Positions 12,527 to 24,635 of a stretch of 64,000 bases of DNA are shown piece after piece. The stretch is from Mytilus edulis (taxonomy: Eukaryota): assembly GCF_963676685.1 (NCBI RefSeq), contig NC_092344.1, positions 48,732,001-48,796,000 on the forward strand, given 5' to 3'. The notes beneath the pieces were generated by a model. The model made no database searches. It saw only the letters and a program-made list of their open reading frames with translations, and had not been told where the DNA came from. Numbering within the stretch: the first letter of the stretch is position 1; each line of letters starts with the position of its first letter. The translations under genes and the position numbers were made by a program.

Positions 12527-13600
12527 ATGTTGGCTTTTACTTTTTTAAAACAACATCTTTATTTGCATATGTTTCTTGTCTTCAAGACAACAAAGGAGAT
12601 TGCTCTTCACGAGGGATTAAAATTGTTTCACATGCTTTACCTCGAAATCTTACGTCACTGAACTTAAAACGAAATTCAAAAGGTACAATATCACATGGCG
12701 ATTTCCAATTTTATGGAAGATTGAGAATATCAATTTACGACAAGAACAATATTTCCTTACTGCAATCAAATGCTTTTAAAGGACTTAAACATTTAAAGCA
12801 TCTGTCCATGTCTGACAATATGCTCGATCTTAATACATCATGTGTCTCGGAATTATTCGGACCTCTGAAATCTCTAGATAGGTTTTGCATTTCAAGAAAT
12901 ATGCCAGTAGGAACCGATTTACCAGTTTATTATCTATTTTTCGGATATTTTCTTAAACTTATACATCTAGAAATGGATCTTGCTCGAAAGCCAGTGTGGA
13001 ATAAATGTGGATTGTCAAAACAGTTACGAACTTTATGTTTTAACTCCTGCTTTTTAGATAAAATAACAATTAGACCTTCGTTTTTATGCTACCATCAATA
13101 GAAAATATCTATTTTGTCGGTTGTGAGGTTCGTGAGTTGCCTGAAACTAAACTTTCTGAAACCTTTCATTTGTTGAAGATTCTTCGCTTATTCCAAGTTT
13201 ACATGGGCATTGAGCCAGCACTGAAGATAGTATATCCTTTTAAAAAATGTAATAGTTAAACTTTACAGAAATTAATTCTGGCTATTGTGATGGACTTATT
13301 AGAGCTCCTTTTGCAGTTATAATAAATGCTGATAGGGAAAAATACTTGAGAAAAGTATGTTTAAGAAAAGTAATTTTGATAAGAAATGATTTTGTAGATT
13401 TCAAGCCAAATTCTTTACTGTCTGAATGTTTTGTTACAATATTTTTTTCTGGAGACCGATTTTCAATGACAAATGGATTTAAAACAGTTTAACTGTCAAA
13501 GCTCATACTGTAGTTATCAAGTCTTGTAATTTTCAATTATTCCGGAATTCTTAGTATTTCAACTGACGAAATCAATTCAGGTTTAACGGCCAATACAGAA
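12527..13600 (+). pseudogene. Toll-like receptor pseudogene (N-terminal LRR part only)
   Basis: Colinear with 52749 to about 53855 from the ATG. It carries small deletions, frameshifts and stops. Homology ends near 13600, so LRRCT, TM and TIR are missing. Confidence 0.9.
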
Positions 13601-13988
13601 TTTTCACGGAACTAGTACGCCTTTTTATTTAGGGGTCAGCTGATATACACGTCCGCGTGCGTGGTTTTTTCGCTGCGTTAAAGACCCATTTGTGGCATTC
13701 AGCTGCTCATTTGTCTGGTTTATTTCTCTTTGACGTATTCCCTATTTTCATTCTCAATTTTACTATAATCTTTACATCAAGACCATCATGTATTTTTTGT
13801 GAAGCTGATATGGAATATTAATGAACAAGGTCTTGGTATTTTCCGATGATTTTTTTAGGAAAAGGACGATGCTCTCTTTGACATAACCCTGGTTAATTAC
13901 TTTTATGCTCAGACAATGGTAAAGTGTCATATAATATGAGTAGCAGCTGCAAGGTAAATTAGAGTGGAAAAGGGAGAGACATTTATCA

Positions 13989-15425
13989 GTGACTATTTTT
14001 ACAGACGCATCCACCTTTAAATGGGGTGGTGGCTTCGAAATTAATGACATCAAACATACTGTAGGTGATTCGTGGGTGGCAGAAATGCTTTCTCTGCCAA
14101 TTATGATTCTAGAAGCGTATGCGTTATTAAATGTTTTAAAGTCATTCAGAGACAAAATACAGGGGTTTCGAATAGATGCAAATGTCGACAACAAAGCTTT
14201 GATTTATGCGTGGGACAACGAGGGGTCAAGGTCATCTCAGTTGAATTCCGTAATAAAAGATATTTTCAAATTTACTATTGATTCGGACATTATTTTGAAC
14301 CTGTACTATATACCGTCAAAACAAAACCTCGCTGACGCGCCTTCACGTACTTTAACAAAGTGTGACGCAACAATTACGAAAGTTATATGGCAGACTATTC
14401 AAGAGCATTTCGGAGGAAATTCTGGACATACTTTAGATCTCATGGCTCTGGACTCAAATAGCATGAAAGACAAAAAAGGAAATATTCTAAAACATTTTAC
14501 ACCTTTTCAATCTCCTCTGTCCTCGGGTATAAACGTTTTCACTCAAGAGATTAACAAACAGGAAAACTGTTACGTATTTCCACCTTTCAATCTTGTTCTA
14601 CCAGTTATGACTTTTTTGAAAGAAAACAGTTGTAGTTACACGATTGTGATAAGAGCGGAGAACACTACGCCTTTATGGCTGCCTAATTTTGTCAATTTCA
14701 TAAGTGACGCATTTGTTCTAGGCATCAAAGGTCAAAAAGATGTTTTAAAGTACCCGACGAAAAAGGGCTATGTGTCTGATAGATATGGTTTACCATGGAA
14801 TTTATGGGCGGTAAGGGTGCAGAATTTTATTTCCGGTTCATCTTATGGAAAAATGCTTTTTCTAAATAACCCTACGATTGCTTCCAATTTTCATTTTTTG
14901 TGTGTCGGTGATTCAATGATCAGATTTTTTTTATCAGATAAGAAATTTAGGAACCCTATGGTACATGTTTACTCAGAAGGTGGAGGCCTTATTCGTAATG
15001 TACAGTACAATATTCAAAAGATGGTGGATAGGTATCCACCACAAACCATTTTTGTGCATGCTGGTGTGAATAATTTGAGTAAATGTTATTTGTATTTGAA
15101 TGAATTTCACCAATTATCTGTAGCACATCATGAGCTTGAATCTTTAACATTGTTGTTAGAAAACATTTGTAAGCAATTTACGCATGTAAAAGTAATAATG
15201 TCATCAATAATTATCACTAAGGACGATTACATTAATATAAGATCGGAGAGTTTAAATGCAACAATGAAACAATCATGCATAGAACATAAGTGGTTATTCA
15301 TGGACAATGTAAATATTAACAGTTCACATTTGAGGGATAATGTGCATTTGAATGAGGATGGCCAGCGTATATTGACAAACAATGTATATAGTATGTTAAA
15401 ATGTGTATCCCATGTAGGAATTTAG
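13989..15425 (+). CDS. C-terminal part of the DIRS-type pol: RNase H, adenine-methyltransferase-like domain, SGNH/GDSL hydrolase
   Basis: RNase H motifs IFTDAS, ILEAYA, VDNKA and YIPSKQNLADAPSR. Methyltransferase-like LDLMALDSN...CYVFPPF. SGNH blocks VGDSMI, GG, HAGVNN and DNVHLN. The start is not a true initiation site. Confidence 0.85.
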   Translation: MTIFTDASTFKWGGGFEINDIKHTVGDSWVAEMLSLPIMILEAYALLNVLKSFRDKIQGFRIDANVDNKALIYAWDNEGSRSSQLNSVIKDIFKFTIDSDIILNLYYIPSKQNLADAPSRTLTKCDATITKVIWQTIQEHFGGNSGHTLDLMALDSNSMKDKKGNILKHFTPFQSPLSSGINVFTQEINKQENCYVFPPFNLVLPVMTFLKENSCSYTIVIRAENTTPLWLPNFVNFISDAFVLGIKGQKDVLKYPTKKGYVSDRYGLPWNLWAVRVQNFISGSSYGKMLFLNNPTIASNFHFLCVGDSMIRFFLSDKKFRNPMVHVYSEGGGLIRNVQYNIQKMVDRYPPQTIFVHAGVNNLSKCYLYLNEFHQLSVAHHELESLTLLLENICKQFTHVKVIMSSIIITKDDYINIRSESLNATMKQSCIEHKWLFMDNVNINSSHLRDNVHLNEDGQRILTNNVYSMLKCVSHVGI

Positions 15426-15579
15426 GGGCAGTATCATGACTAGCGTTTGTTTATGTTTCTCTGTAAAAGTGTAAATATGAGTGTTTAGTTAACATTTTTG
15501 TTAATTTGTATAGTTGTAAAAAACATTTTCTTTTATTTTGTTGTAGGTTTTTAATATTGCTAATATTTTACGTCCATAC

Positions 15580-16890
15580 ATGTTATGCAAAGGATGTGCA
15601 ACAGCAAATGATGTAGACTATATTTTTTGTAAAATATGTGGTTCTCCGAGAAATAAGTCATTAGAATGTTTAGACGAATGTTCCAATGAAAGGGATCAAC
15701 TATTGCATAAAATTGAAAAACGAATTGACACACTTGACAATTTATTAAAATCGGGGAGTTATTCAAAACAGAAATGCAGTTTAAAAACCGAATTAGAGAA
15801 ATTTTTTGTTACTTTGGAACCTCTGAAAAATCTTTCTAATGCCGGTCCTGAAGACATCAGGAAATTTTTAGTATTCAAAGAAAAAAATGGCAGAACACAA
15901 CTGCACGAAGATAATTGTGTATATCGTACAGAACATGGTCTTAAAAATTGCAGTTGTCCAAAATCTCTCACAGTAAAATCGGTAGACAGTTTGTTAGGTA
16001 AAATAAGAGCAATTTTTCGAGATATTGGAAGAGCTGGCGAATGGAATCCAATGCTTTACAGTGGCAACCCGGCTTCATCTCACATCTTGAAGCAGCATAT
16101 TCAAGCAGTGTCTTTGGAGCAATCTAATTCTAATATAACAAGAAAACAAGCGACTCCTTTAATGTTCGACAAGTTAGGAAAACTATGTAGATATTTATCC
16201 TATAAAGTGTCTGTGGAAAAAGACCCTATATCACAGTTTTTATTTGCGCGTGACTTGTCTTATTTTTCTATGTTATGTCATTCAGGCAACAGGGGCGGAG
16301 ATCTTGGTTTACTTAAGGCTGAAAATTTGTTTGACATACCTGATTCAAAAGGTATTTATGTATCACAACAGGCAGGAAAAACGGCCTCAATCGACAATCC
16401 AAAAAATTATATTATCTTGCCGTCGCTAGATGAAGACATTTGTCCAATTAAACTCGTAAAGGATTACAAACGTATAGCAAGTAAAATAGATATTGATTTA
16501 AACAAGGGTTTCATTTATCGTGTTAGAGACAACAAGTCAAAACAAATTAACAATCGAGCAGTATCATCATCATGTATGACAGACCGGTTAAAGACGCATT
16601 TAATGAATATTAATTTATATCAAGGAGAAACGTCCCACAGCATCAGACGCGGTTGCGCAATTACCTTAAGAATGTTAGGAGTCGATGATCAAGCGATCAA
16701 TCAACATGTGGGCTGGAGTTCCAAGGGAATGATTGACCATTATGCACATGTTGGAAAATTAATGAGCCCCGAAGGTCCAGCAAGCACATTGTCCTCCGCT
16801 GCAAAACATTTGGGACAGGGGTCGTCTTTGTTCGATAAAGTTTCACAAAACTATGTCAGTATAAGTAATTTGAAACAGTTTAAATTTTGA
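15580..16890 (+). CDS. Tyrosine recombinase of the retrotransposon, with an N-terminal Zn ribbon
   Basis: 436-aa ORF with catalytic set NRGGDL (R), K, HSIRRG (H-x-x-R), HVGW and HY (Y). N-terminal CKGC...CKIC. Confidence 0.9.
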   Translation: MLCKGCATANDVDYIFCKICGSPRNKSLECLDECSNERDQLLHKIEKRIDTLDNLLKSGSYSKQKCSLKTELEKFFVTLEPLKNLSNAGPEDIRKFLVFKEKNGRTQLHEDNCVYRTEHGLKNCSCPKSLTVKSVDSLLGKIRAIFRDIGRAGEWNPMLYSGNPASSHILKQHIQAVSLEQSNSNITRKQATPLMFDKLGKLCRYLSYKVSVEKDPISQFLFARDLSYFSMLCHSGNRGGDLGLLKAENLFDIPDSKGIYVSQQAGKTASIDNPKNYIILPSLDEDICPIKLVKDYKRIASKIDIDLNKGFIYRVRDNKSKQINNRAVSSSCMTDRLKTHLMNINLYQGETSHSIRRGCAITLRMLGVDDQAINQHVGWSSKGMIDHYAHVGKLMSPEGPASTLSSAAKHLGQGSSLFDKVSQNYVSISNLKQFKF

Positions 16891-17162
16891 ATTTGTTTCA
16901 TAGAATTTTGTTATGAAAGCGTAAATTTTTAAAAGCACTTTTTTCAGACGTCAGGATTAATTTTCAAGGAAGGGGAAAATCTAGACAATTAATTAAGTGA
17001 CATTTTATTGTTTACTGTTTTATGTATTTTTTATATTATAAGTATTGGATAATAAATACTGTATTAAATGAGTTTAGTTTGTTTCGGTATGTTTATTATG
17101 TTACATAAAGCTGCACGGTTTTTGGTTTGTTGTTTTCCATATCTAACATATGAGAGGTACCG

Positions 17163-17200
17163 GGGTGAACTTGTAATATTCCACTATTACAAGTTCACCC
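17163..17200. other. Perfect palindrome (16-bp arms, 6-bp spacer); candidate recombinase crossover site
   Basis: GGGTGAACTTGTAATA-TTCCAC-TATTACAAGTTCACCC at the end of the first direct repeat. Confidence 0.65.
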
Positions 17201-17427
17201 TTGGGTGCCTCGAATATAAGATAACGCGGTCATCTTGTGGTCTGGTCAGTTGATTGGAGTTTGCGGTGAAGGTCATAAGCAATATGAAATATGACAAAGG
17301 CATGCCCTGTGTGTTAATTGTCATCAAGTGTGGTGAAGGTTGTTAGTAATACAACAAAGCCAGGTTTGAGGGTTTTAATGGTTGATTGCCATCGTATTAG
17401 CAGCTATAGCAGTCAGAAATGAAACGG

Positions 17428-17475
<48 letters not shown>

Positions 17476-19612
17476 ACAACTGCAAACAAACAAACAATTA
17501 CACTCAAGTTACAGGATGCAAAAACTTATACATATATCTGAGAAATCATAACGATACGTAATATGAAAAGAATATCCAAGCTTAAGGGAGGAGTAACCAG
17601 TTATTTGTGCCGTTTGTTACACAATTTTCAGAAAACAAAAAACAAAAACAAAAACAAAAACAAAAAAAACAAAAAAAAACAAAAAAACACCAATATGTAT
17701 GTTGGGTCAAGCTTGAGAACTGTGTTGTCAATAAGGTTTTATCCAATGAGTCGGTTTTTTCGTGTTTTGTAGAATCATTAGGTGTTGGGATCTATATGCA
17801 CTAATTCTAGGATATATGGAATAATCAACAGCAGTGTTGCTCCAAGTACTGATTAAACCTTATGGTAAATGTAAATGTCTTATCTGATTATTCATGGCGA
17901 TAAAAGCTTATTCATCTTCATAGCTAATAGCTGCGGGTATTAATGGTAGATTTAGATAAAAAATACATGTCATGTTGTCGTTGTTATATAACATATATAG
18001 CAATTTACAAGTAATGCTATAGTTGCTATATCCGACCAAAACAATACCAAAAATTGTTTTTCATATTGACACATATTCATTTCATTCTCAAAAATACAAA
18101 CAAAGGGATGACAGGAAAATCTAACATATCGCTAAAGATAATTTGATATGACAAACGATGTCGGGGAAGTCAGTTCGCATTATATTGATATCAGGCCACA
18201 AACCCAGCCTGTTGTACCTCTCACCTTACCGTTTTTACGGTTTGTTGTTCTCCATATCTAACATATGAGAGGTACCGGGGTGAACTTGTAATATTCCACA
18301 ATTATAAGATCACATTTACACTATAAAATATTGTTGATTCAGTCAATAAAACTTCGACGCTACTTGAAAAAATCCAGAATGTCCTAAAAAAAAACGGACA
18401 TCTTATATTTAATATAAACGCGGACTTATTCATCCGAACTACAAGTATTTCGCTAAAATTCTACAAATTAAAGGAGATGTTGATTCTATTAACGCATTGT
18501 CGTTGATTTGTACATTCGTATGTGGAAAAAAATAGTTTTATCTAACATTTCTAAGAATATATATATATATATAAGTTGTGTTACTACAAATATTTTATAA
18601 GTAATAGTTATCCCATGAGGACGCGGTGTGTCACCCCGATCACCCCGATGGCCGAATGGGATTACTATTTTACATCCCAGCTGTTTTAGATTAGACGAAA
18701 AACCATTTATAATTCATAAAATCTAGTTTAGAACGCTACACAACCATTATAATATAGTTTTACTTTATATATTACTATATAATATATACCCTTTATGACA
18801 CCCAAACACGATGTTTAAATATGAAACCATGTCAACTCGGCCAACACTACATCGCCACTTTCTACAACATCGCCCCGCTCTTGTTTACCAACTAGCCCCA
18901 CTTATGAAAAGGGTAAAATCCCAGCGAACAATCAGTCTGACAACTCGCCTTATTTATGAAAACGGTTAAAATCTCCTGAATAAAGGTCTGCCAACTCGCC
19001 CCTCTTATGAAAATATCTTGCTTCCTTTAAATATGTTAGATTACTGATATTTGGTATCCAGACGTTCTGGTGTAGGGGTGTCCGGCTCAGGTAATCCCTG
19101 GAAGAACAAAGGAGCTGGGATGTAATTACTGTTAATCACATATATCATATACCTCTTATATTTATTTTGAACGGTTGCAATTCTTACCAGTAAAACCTTT
19201 TGTTACATTATAAAAAAGAAGATGTGGTATGATATCCAATGAGACAACTATCCACAAAAAACCAAAATGACACAGACATTAACAACTATAGGTCACCGTA
19301 CGGCCTTCAACAATGAGCAAAGCCCATACCGCAAATTCAGCTATGAAAGGCCCCGATAAGACAATGTAAAACAATTCAAACGAGAAAACTAAAGGCCTAA
19401 CCAACATATTCAAAAGAAAAAACCTGGTCACATTCGAAACAAAAATTCAGTTCACTCGAGAAAAATACACGATGAAAATAGACACGTCTACACTAACCGG
19501 AAAATTGCTTTGATTTTAGCCAAAGATAGAAATTAACTGTATATTCTTGAGAGAGATTCACATTTCAGTACATAAATTCACGGTTTCCATTAAATCTGAT
19601 GTAATAATCATT

Positions 19613-20003
19613 TATTATTTTAAGTGAAAGTAAACGGATTGCTTTTATTACGTTTCAATTAGTTGAAGGCTGTATGGAAATTATTTATGACTTTATATAT
19701 TTTCAATAGAATCTAAACATTTATTATCTTTTAAAAAAAGATATCCGACACCTTCAAATCGGAGCATACTTTTAAAACAACAATTGTTTCGATCTTTCCT
19801 TTTTATCATGTTTAAATGCCGAAACTTGACGTCAAAAGTCTGACAATTGAGCACACATATTTATCTATAACAAATATATATATATAAGATAATAAATGTT
19901 TAGATTCTATTGAAAATATATAAAGTCATAAATAATTTCCATACAGCCTTCAACTAATTGAAACGTAATAAAAGCAATCCGTTTACTTTCACTTAAAATA
20001 ATA
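19613..20003. repeat. Perfect 118-bp inverted repeat with a 155-bp spacer
   Basis: 19613-19730 is the exact reverse complement of 19886-20003. Confidence 0.9.
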
Positions 20004-21280
20004 TAGTTCAGTCTAGGCGGCTGTCAAATTAATGATCACTAATTTGACTTAGGTTATCATATTTGATATATTGCATACTTAAACATGGTTTCAAATTACT
20101 AAAAAGATAAATAAACAACCATGCATAGTCTTGTTTAAATGCATTATTGAATGTTTAAGACAAGAGAGCGCAATTATTCTTAATGCATTTTCCATAGTGT
20201 ACCAATTGTATTCCGTATTTTTTTCTCAAAGACTACACAAACTAGGCAAAAACTGGTAGCAGTTTCTGTAACTAGAAATGTCAGTGTTGCATTACAACCA
20301 AAAAAATATATAGGGTTTTTCGGCAGAAATTGACTTAAAATGCAGTTGAAAAGGATAGTCTTTTTTTCGGTTAATGAAAAAGGCATATTTTTTATGGCTC
20401 CGACGTGCAGAAATGGAAGATATTTTCTATAAGTCGTAAAATGTGAATATGATTTTCTGCAATTTTTAAACCTAAGTGGATAAGCTTTCGTGTAAATGTA
20501 ATTCTAATCCTGTATCATCCAATCAGAAGCCGGATAGGATTCTATGCTGAGTACCATCTTGCCGGTAAAATGTAAACAAATAATTGTGCTTGTGTTACCT
20601 CATATAATAACCATCGAGATTACAATCGAAGACTCCTACTAGTCATTCGTATTGATATAAACATAAATATTAATATAGATAGACGGAAAACACGTAGAGC
20701 TTTGTAAATACGATTTGAACAGGTCTGTTTGACCTATATATAGCTAGTGTCATAGATTAAAACATGTACTAGTATATAAATGATTTCTGGTGTGGCGAAT
20801 CAGTGAAAGAAATACTGTTGTTCTTTCTGATTGCTGTCTTGTTTAACAGTTAAATGTTGACATTATTTTCTGTTTAATAAATTTAGGCATTGGTAGGCAA
20901 TCAACAGCCAAAAGGTTATGTTATGGTTATATGAACACGATTTCATATTAAAATGAATTGTTGGCTTTTTGTTTGACCAAAAACCGAGCTGACTACTGAT
21001 GAAACATAATTTCCATTAAACTCATCTTTTGTCAGATAAAATAATTTGCTAAACATATTTTGATACTCTTTATTTGGAGTATCGTATCTTGTACCAACGC
21101 ATATTCATATCTTAATCCTTGATAATGTATATCATAATATTTTAGTTGTGTGATTGTCTATCTATCTAGCACGCATAAAGGGCCAACCCGTGGTAAAATC
21201 ACGATATATTCAAACCCCCATAAATTATTTCTAAATTCACTTTAATCATTTGAAGAATTTCTATTTACAAACCGAACGTA

Positions 21281-22372
21281 TTAGATCAGACTGTCTGTCA
21301 TTTTGGCGACATGAATTTTTCCGCAGTCCTCATTTTTGCCTTTACCACTTCCAATTAATAAATATCCTTCTGTGTCAAAGCATACACAATATGGCCTGGT
21401 TATGCCCAAGTCTTTGAAAATTAATTGCAACCCAAGTAGATCTCCTTTCAAGTTTATAACATGTATAGCATCGTTTCCCCTGTCTGCAACTACAACGTTA
21501 TCACTTGCCGTAATAGTAAATCCCTCTGGTTGAAATGTTTCTAAATCGTCTTGCCCGTCGTAGGTAAACCTTAAGCGACCATGTCTATCCACAGCTATTA
21601 TTCTACCATTGTGGTCAGTGTCAAAACGATCAATAACATAGACAACATTTCTAGAATCAGTGAGAATGCGTGCTGCATAACTGAACAATTTATTTCCTTT
21701 TTTGTCAACTTCTAATGTTACTCTCCGCTGATAATCACTACCGAAAATTATTACCTGTCTGACCGAAAAATCCTGGGCTGGATGAGGTGGTCCTTGTTCT
21801 CGTAATCCAACTAATACTTCCTTGTCTTTGTTTATATGTATCGCCAAAGGCAGCATCGGAAAAGTGTCTAAAACAGTTTTTACTTCACCCGCGGGGGATA
21901 AAATTTGTATTTTGTGGTCACGATGTTCAATCAAAAGTATTTCACCGTCTTTTTTTATTGCAAAGTCAAATATTTTTCTCTTCAACGTCTGTAATATCTT
22001 TATTGATGATTCTAAACGTTTCCCTTTCACAAATTGATGTTTGTCAGACGTTTTCTGATTAAATTTAAAGTATAACAAATCGTCATCCGAACAAAGTAAA
22101 GTATTAACAGCAGGTAGAGAAGTTGTGTATGATTTGAAAACGGATGAAATAACTACAGACGATACTGGTGATGATTTGCTGATATCCTGAATAGACACAA
22201 TGTCATGATCTTGTGCAGATTGAAGTCCTTGATGGACACTTTCTTTACAGGAGTTACACATACGAACATTGCAATCTTCACATTTCCACAGTATTTCTTG
22301 ACCTTTGCAAAAATAGCATGAAACTGGCACTTGTGCTTTTCTTATACTTGTGGATTTCCCTGAAGTCGCCAT
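21281..22372 (-). CDS. B-box zinc finger plus NHL-like beta-propeller protein (TRIM-like, no RING or coiled coil), copy 1
   Basis: Intronless 363-aa ORF. B-box CYFC...CEDC...CNSC...H...H, followed by NHL-like blades (FQPEGFTITASDNVVVADRGN, RPYCVCFDTEGYLLIG). Confidence 0.85.
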   Translation of the reverse strand: MATSGKSTSIRKAQVPVSCYFCKGQEILWKCEDCNVRMCNSCKESVHQGLQSAQDHDIVSIQDISKSSPVSSVVISSVFKSYTTSLPAVNTLLCSDDDLLYFKFNQKTSDKHQFVKGKRLESSIKILQTLKRKIFDFAIKKDGEILLIEHRDHKIQILSPAGEVKTVLDTFPMLPLAIHINKDKEVLVGLREQGPPHPAQDFSVRQVIIFGSDYQRRVTLEVDKKGNKLFSYAARILTDSRNVVYVIDRFDTDHNGRIIAVDRHGRLRFTYDGQDDLETFQPEGFTITASDNVVVADRGNDAIHVINLKGDLLGLQLIFKDLGITRPYCVCFDTEGYLLIGSGKGKNEDCGKIHVAKMTDSLI

Positions 22373-23231
22373 TTTTACAGTAAAATAAACATCAAAACGT
22401 CACGTGTTTCACTTTCTACTTCGTTCTAAGTAGGTATAAAAAAGTTGAATACTATAGAAATGTGTAACCTTAACCCATTTAAAGTTTGTCTTGTCATGAT
22501 CTAAACATGAAGAAAAGTATTTGTATAAAGTTTAAAGATAAGTACATTATAGAATATAAAGACTACATTTTAAATCGTATTTTTTTGCTTTTACACAACA
22601 AGGTATTTTTTTAAAGAATTGCTATTGTCATATTTGAAATAAACTTATTTCATAAACGAAGGAGCTGTATTATATGATGCTCAAAATGCATTTTAAAACC
22701 AACAATTGTGTTGCATTTATGTTCTTTTTTTAACGATGCGATAGAGCACTCACTCAATTTTACTACGCCTATGGAAATGGACGGCAGACGGTTTAACTAC
22801 TTGCTTAACTATCAAATAGTATGATTTCCTTTTAACAGGGAAAGTCCGCGATTTTTTGCTCTAATCTAAATATGTTCATCTTAACATAAAAAACACATTA
22901 ACAAAGTTTTAAATTTATATTCCTTCTAATAACGGAGAAAATCAAGTATTTGTTACTTTTTGGTTCACGTACATTTTGTACGTGAATGGGTTGTGACGTT
23001 TTAATCCGATTTGTTGAATCCTGGTAAAAAACAAAATCTGTTTTAATTGCTTATCGAAATTTAACGTACGTCAAAGTGCACAGATGGTCGTTGGTCGTCG
23101 TTAATAACCACAATATAAGAATGAAAGAAAATGAATATCGTGTACCATTTTGTATTGATTGAATAAAACTTTCTATATGAAATTATCTAAATAATAATAC
23201 AACTCATAAATTATTGTTGAGATTTTTTCAT

Positions 23232-23320
23232 AAAATATCTATTGAAGATTTGTTAACAAAATATCTATGGAAGATTTGTTAACAAAATATCTATTGAAGA
23301 TTTTGTCATAAAATATCTAT
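23232..23320. repeat. 26-bp minisatellite, about 3.5 copies
   Basis: Unit AAAATATCTATTGAAGATTTGTTAAC. Confidence 0.75.
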
Positions 23321-24172
23321 TAAAAATTTTCACTGATTTTCAATTACAAATATTTTACGTTTTATTTACAGTTAAAACTTTGATAACCAATTTTCAATAA
23401 AAAATATGTGTGAACAGAGTGTGTATATTATTTGTCATTGTTTATTTCTCGAATTGAGGAGAATTCGTTTGTACTTTACCTTGCAGCAATTGAGCATCAG
23501 GCGTACACAGGTGTGAATGTTGTCATTTGGAGTGGATTAACAAAAAGAGTATAACATGTTTAATACACCAAGAAGAAATACCTGATGACATTAGAGAAAC
23601 AATGATTAAAGTGTATAAATTAATTGAAAATAAACTTTCCTTTTTTTTAATTCCGGAAGTGTATGCAATATTAAAATTGATAACAATTCGATTACGTTCT
23701 ATGCAATTAGCATAAAATTAAAATATGAAAATAAAAGAATAGTACTTTTAATTTCAAAAATTAAAAGTATCATTTTCCAATTAATAATAATTTAACATCT
23801 GTTTAATTTACTTTACTGGAATTCTTTAACTTGTACTTAAATATGGCGTTGTTTAAATGCTAACAATCGTAAATCTATCGCAATTTCAAAGTTTTTAATT
23901 GAAAAAAATACAACAGTACAACATACATATTTTTTTGTGTTTTTTTTAAACATTTCATTCTTCCATAATTAATTTCAACTGACAATCACTTAAACAAATT
24001 ATTTGTGAAAAAAATGCTAATTATCGTGTATTTTATTAATGGATATGACATACATTATAAATCTAAGCTAATACATTATTTTGTTAGAGGATTTTTACTA
24101 ATTTTTTTTTATATTCTATATCGTTTTAAAAGACCCAAATAAATTCAAAAGTATCATTTATCAACACCTTAA

Positions 24173-24635
24173 GGTGTAATACCACCAAATCATGGTACGT
24201 CACATCCGGTTGCATACGAAAGTAGGACTAAAAAAATATTCCCTTGAATTTGACAGTTGTAGAAAATTAACCCTGCATTTCAATGCACTTAAATTTTTCT
24301 GAGTCGTAAATATGTATGTTGGGTGTCTGAAAGCATCATTCTTTTTTTATTTGATGGTCTTATAAAATATTTTGGAACGTTAAGGTTACATAGTTACCAA
24401 AGCAGGTAACCAGTAAATAACAGTGTAAAAATTGGGTTGTCTACCCTCGGCGGTGGTTACTTTCTTATATGCAATGAAATGTAGTGTGAATTTTTCACTG
24501 TATCACTGGAAAGGATTGAACTTTACACATGCAAAGTATTTCTTTTGTTGAAATAAAGGTAAATACTGTACGATTTTTTTAAAAGTGCCAATTTAACAAA
24601 GACTAATAGGGAAAAATCAATGGTGGTATTACACC
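24173..24635. mobile_element. Non-autonomous TTAA-target TIR element (Kolobok-like)
   Basis: Perfect 15-bp TIR GGTGTAATACCACCA. TTAA at 24169-24172 and 24636-24639. It interrupts the GIY-YIG region. Confidence 0.8.

Larger units (their letters stand above)
13770..18299 (+). mobile_element. Tyrosine-recombinase (DIRS-order) retrotransposon, 5'-truncated, with split direct repeats (PAT/Ngaro-type ends)
   Basis: RNase H ORF followed by a tyrosine-recombinase ORF, then a direct repeat at about 17124-17184 and 18239-18299. The gag and RT core are missing. Confidence 0.85.

Noticed and set aside
15580-16890. Phage integrase or bacterial contamination
   Set aside because: It sits next to a DIRS-type RNase H and is embedded in intron-containing animal DNA.
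17431-17474. 44-nt poly(A) as the tail of a retrocopy
   Set aside because: No upstream processed gene or flanking TSD could be identified.
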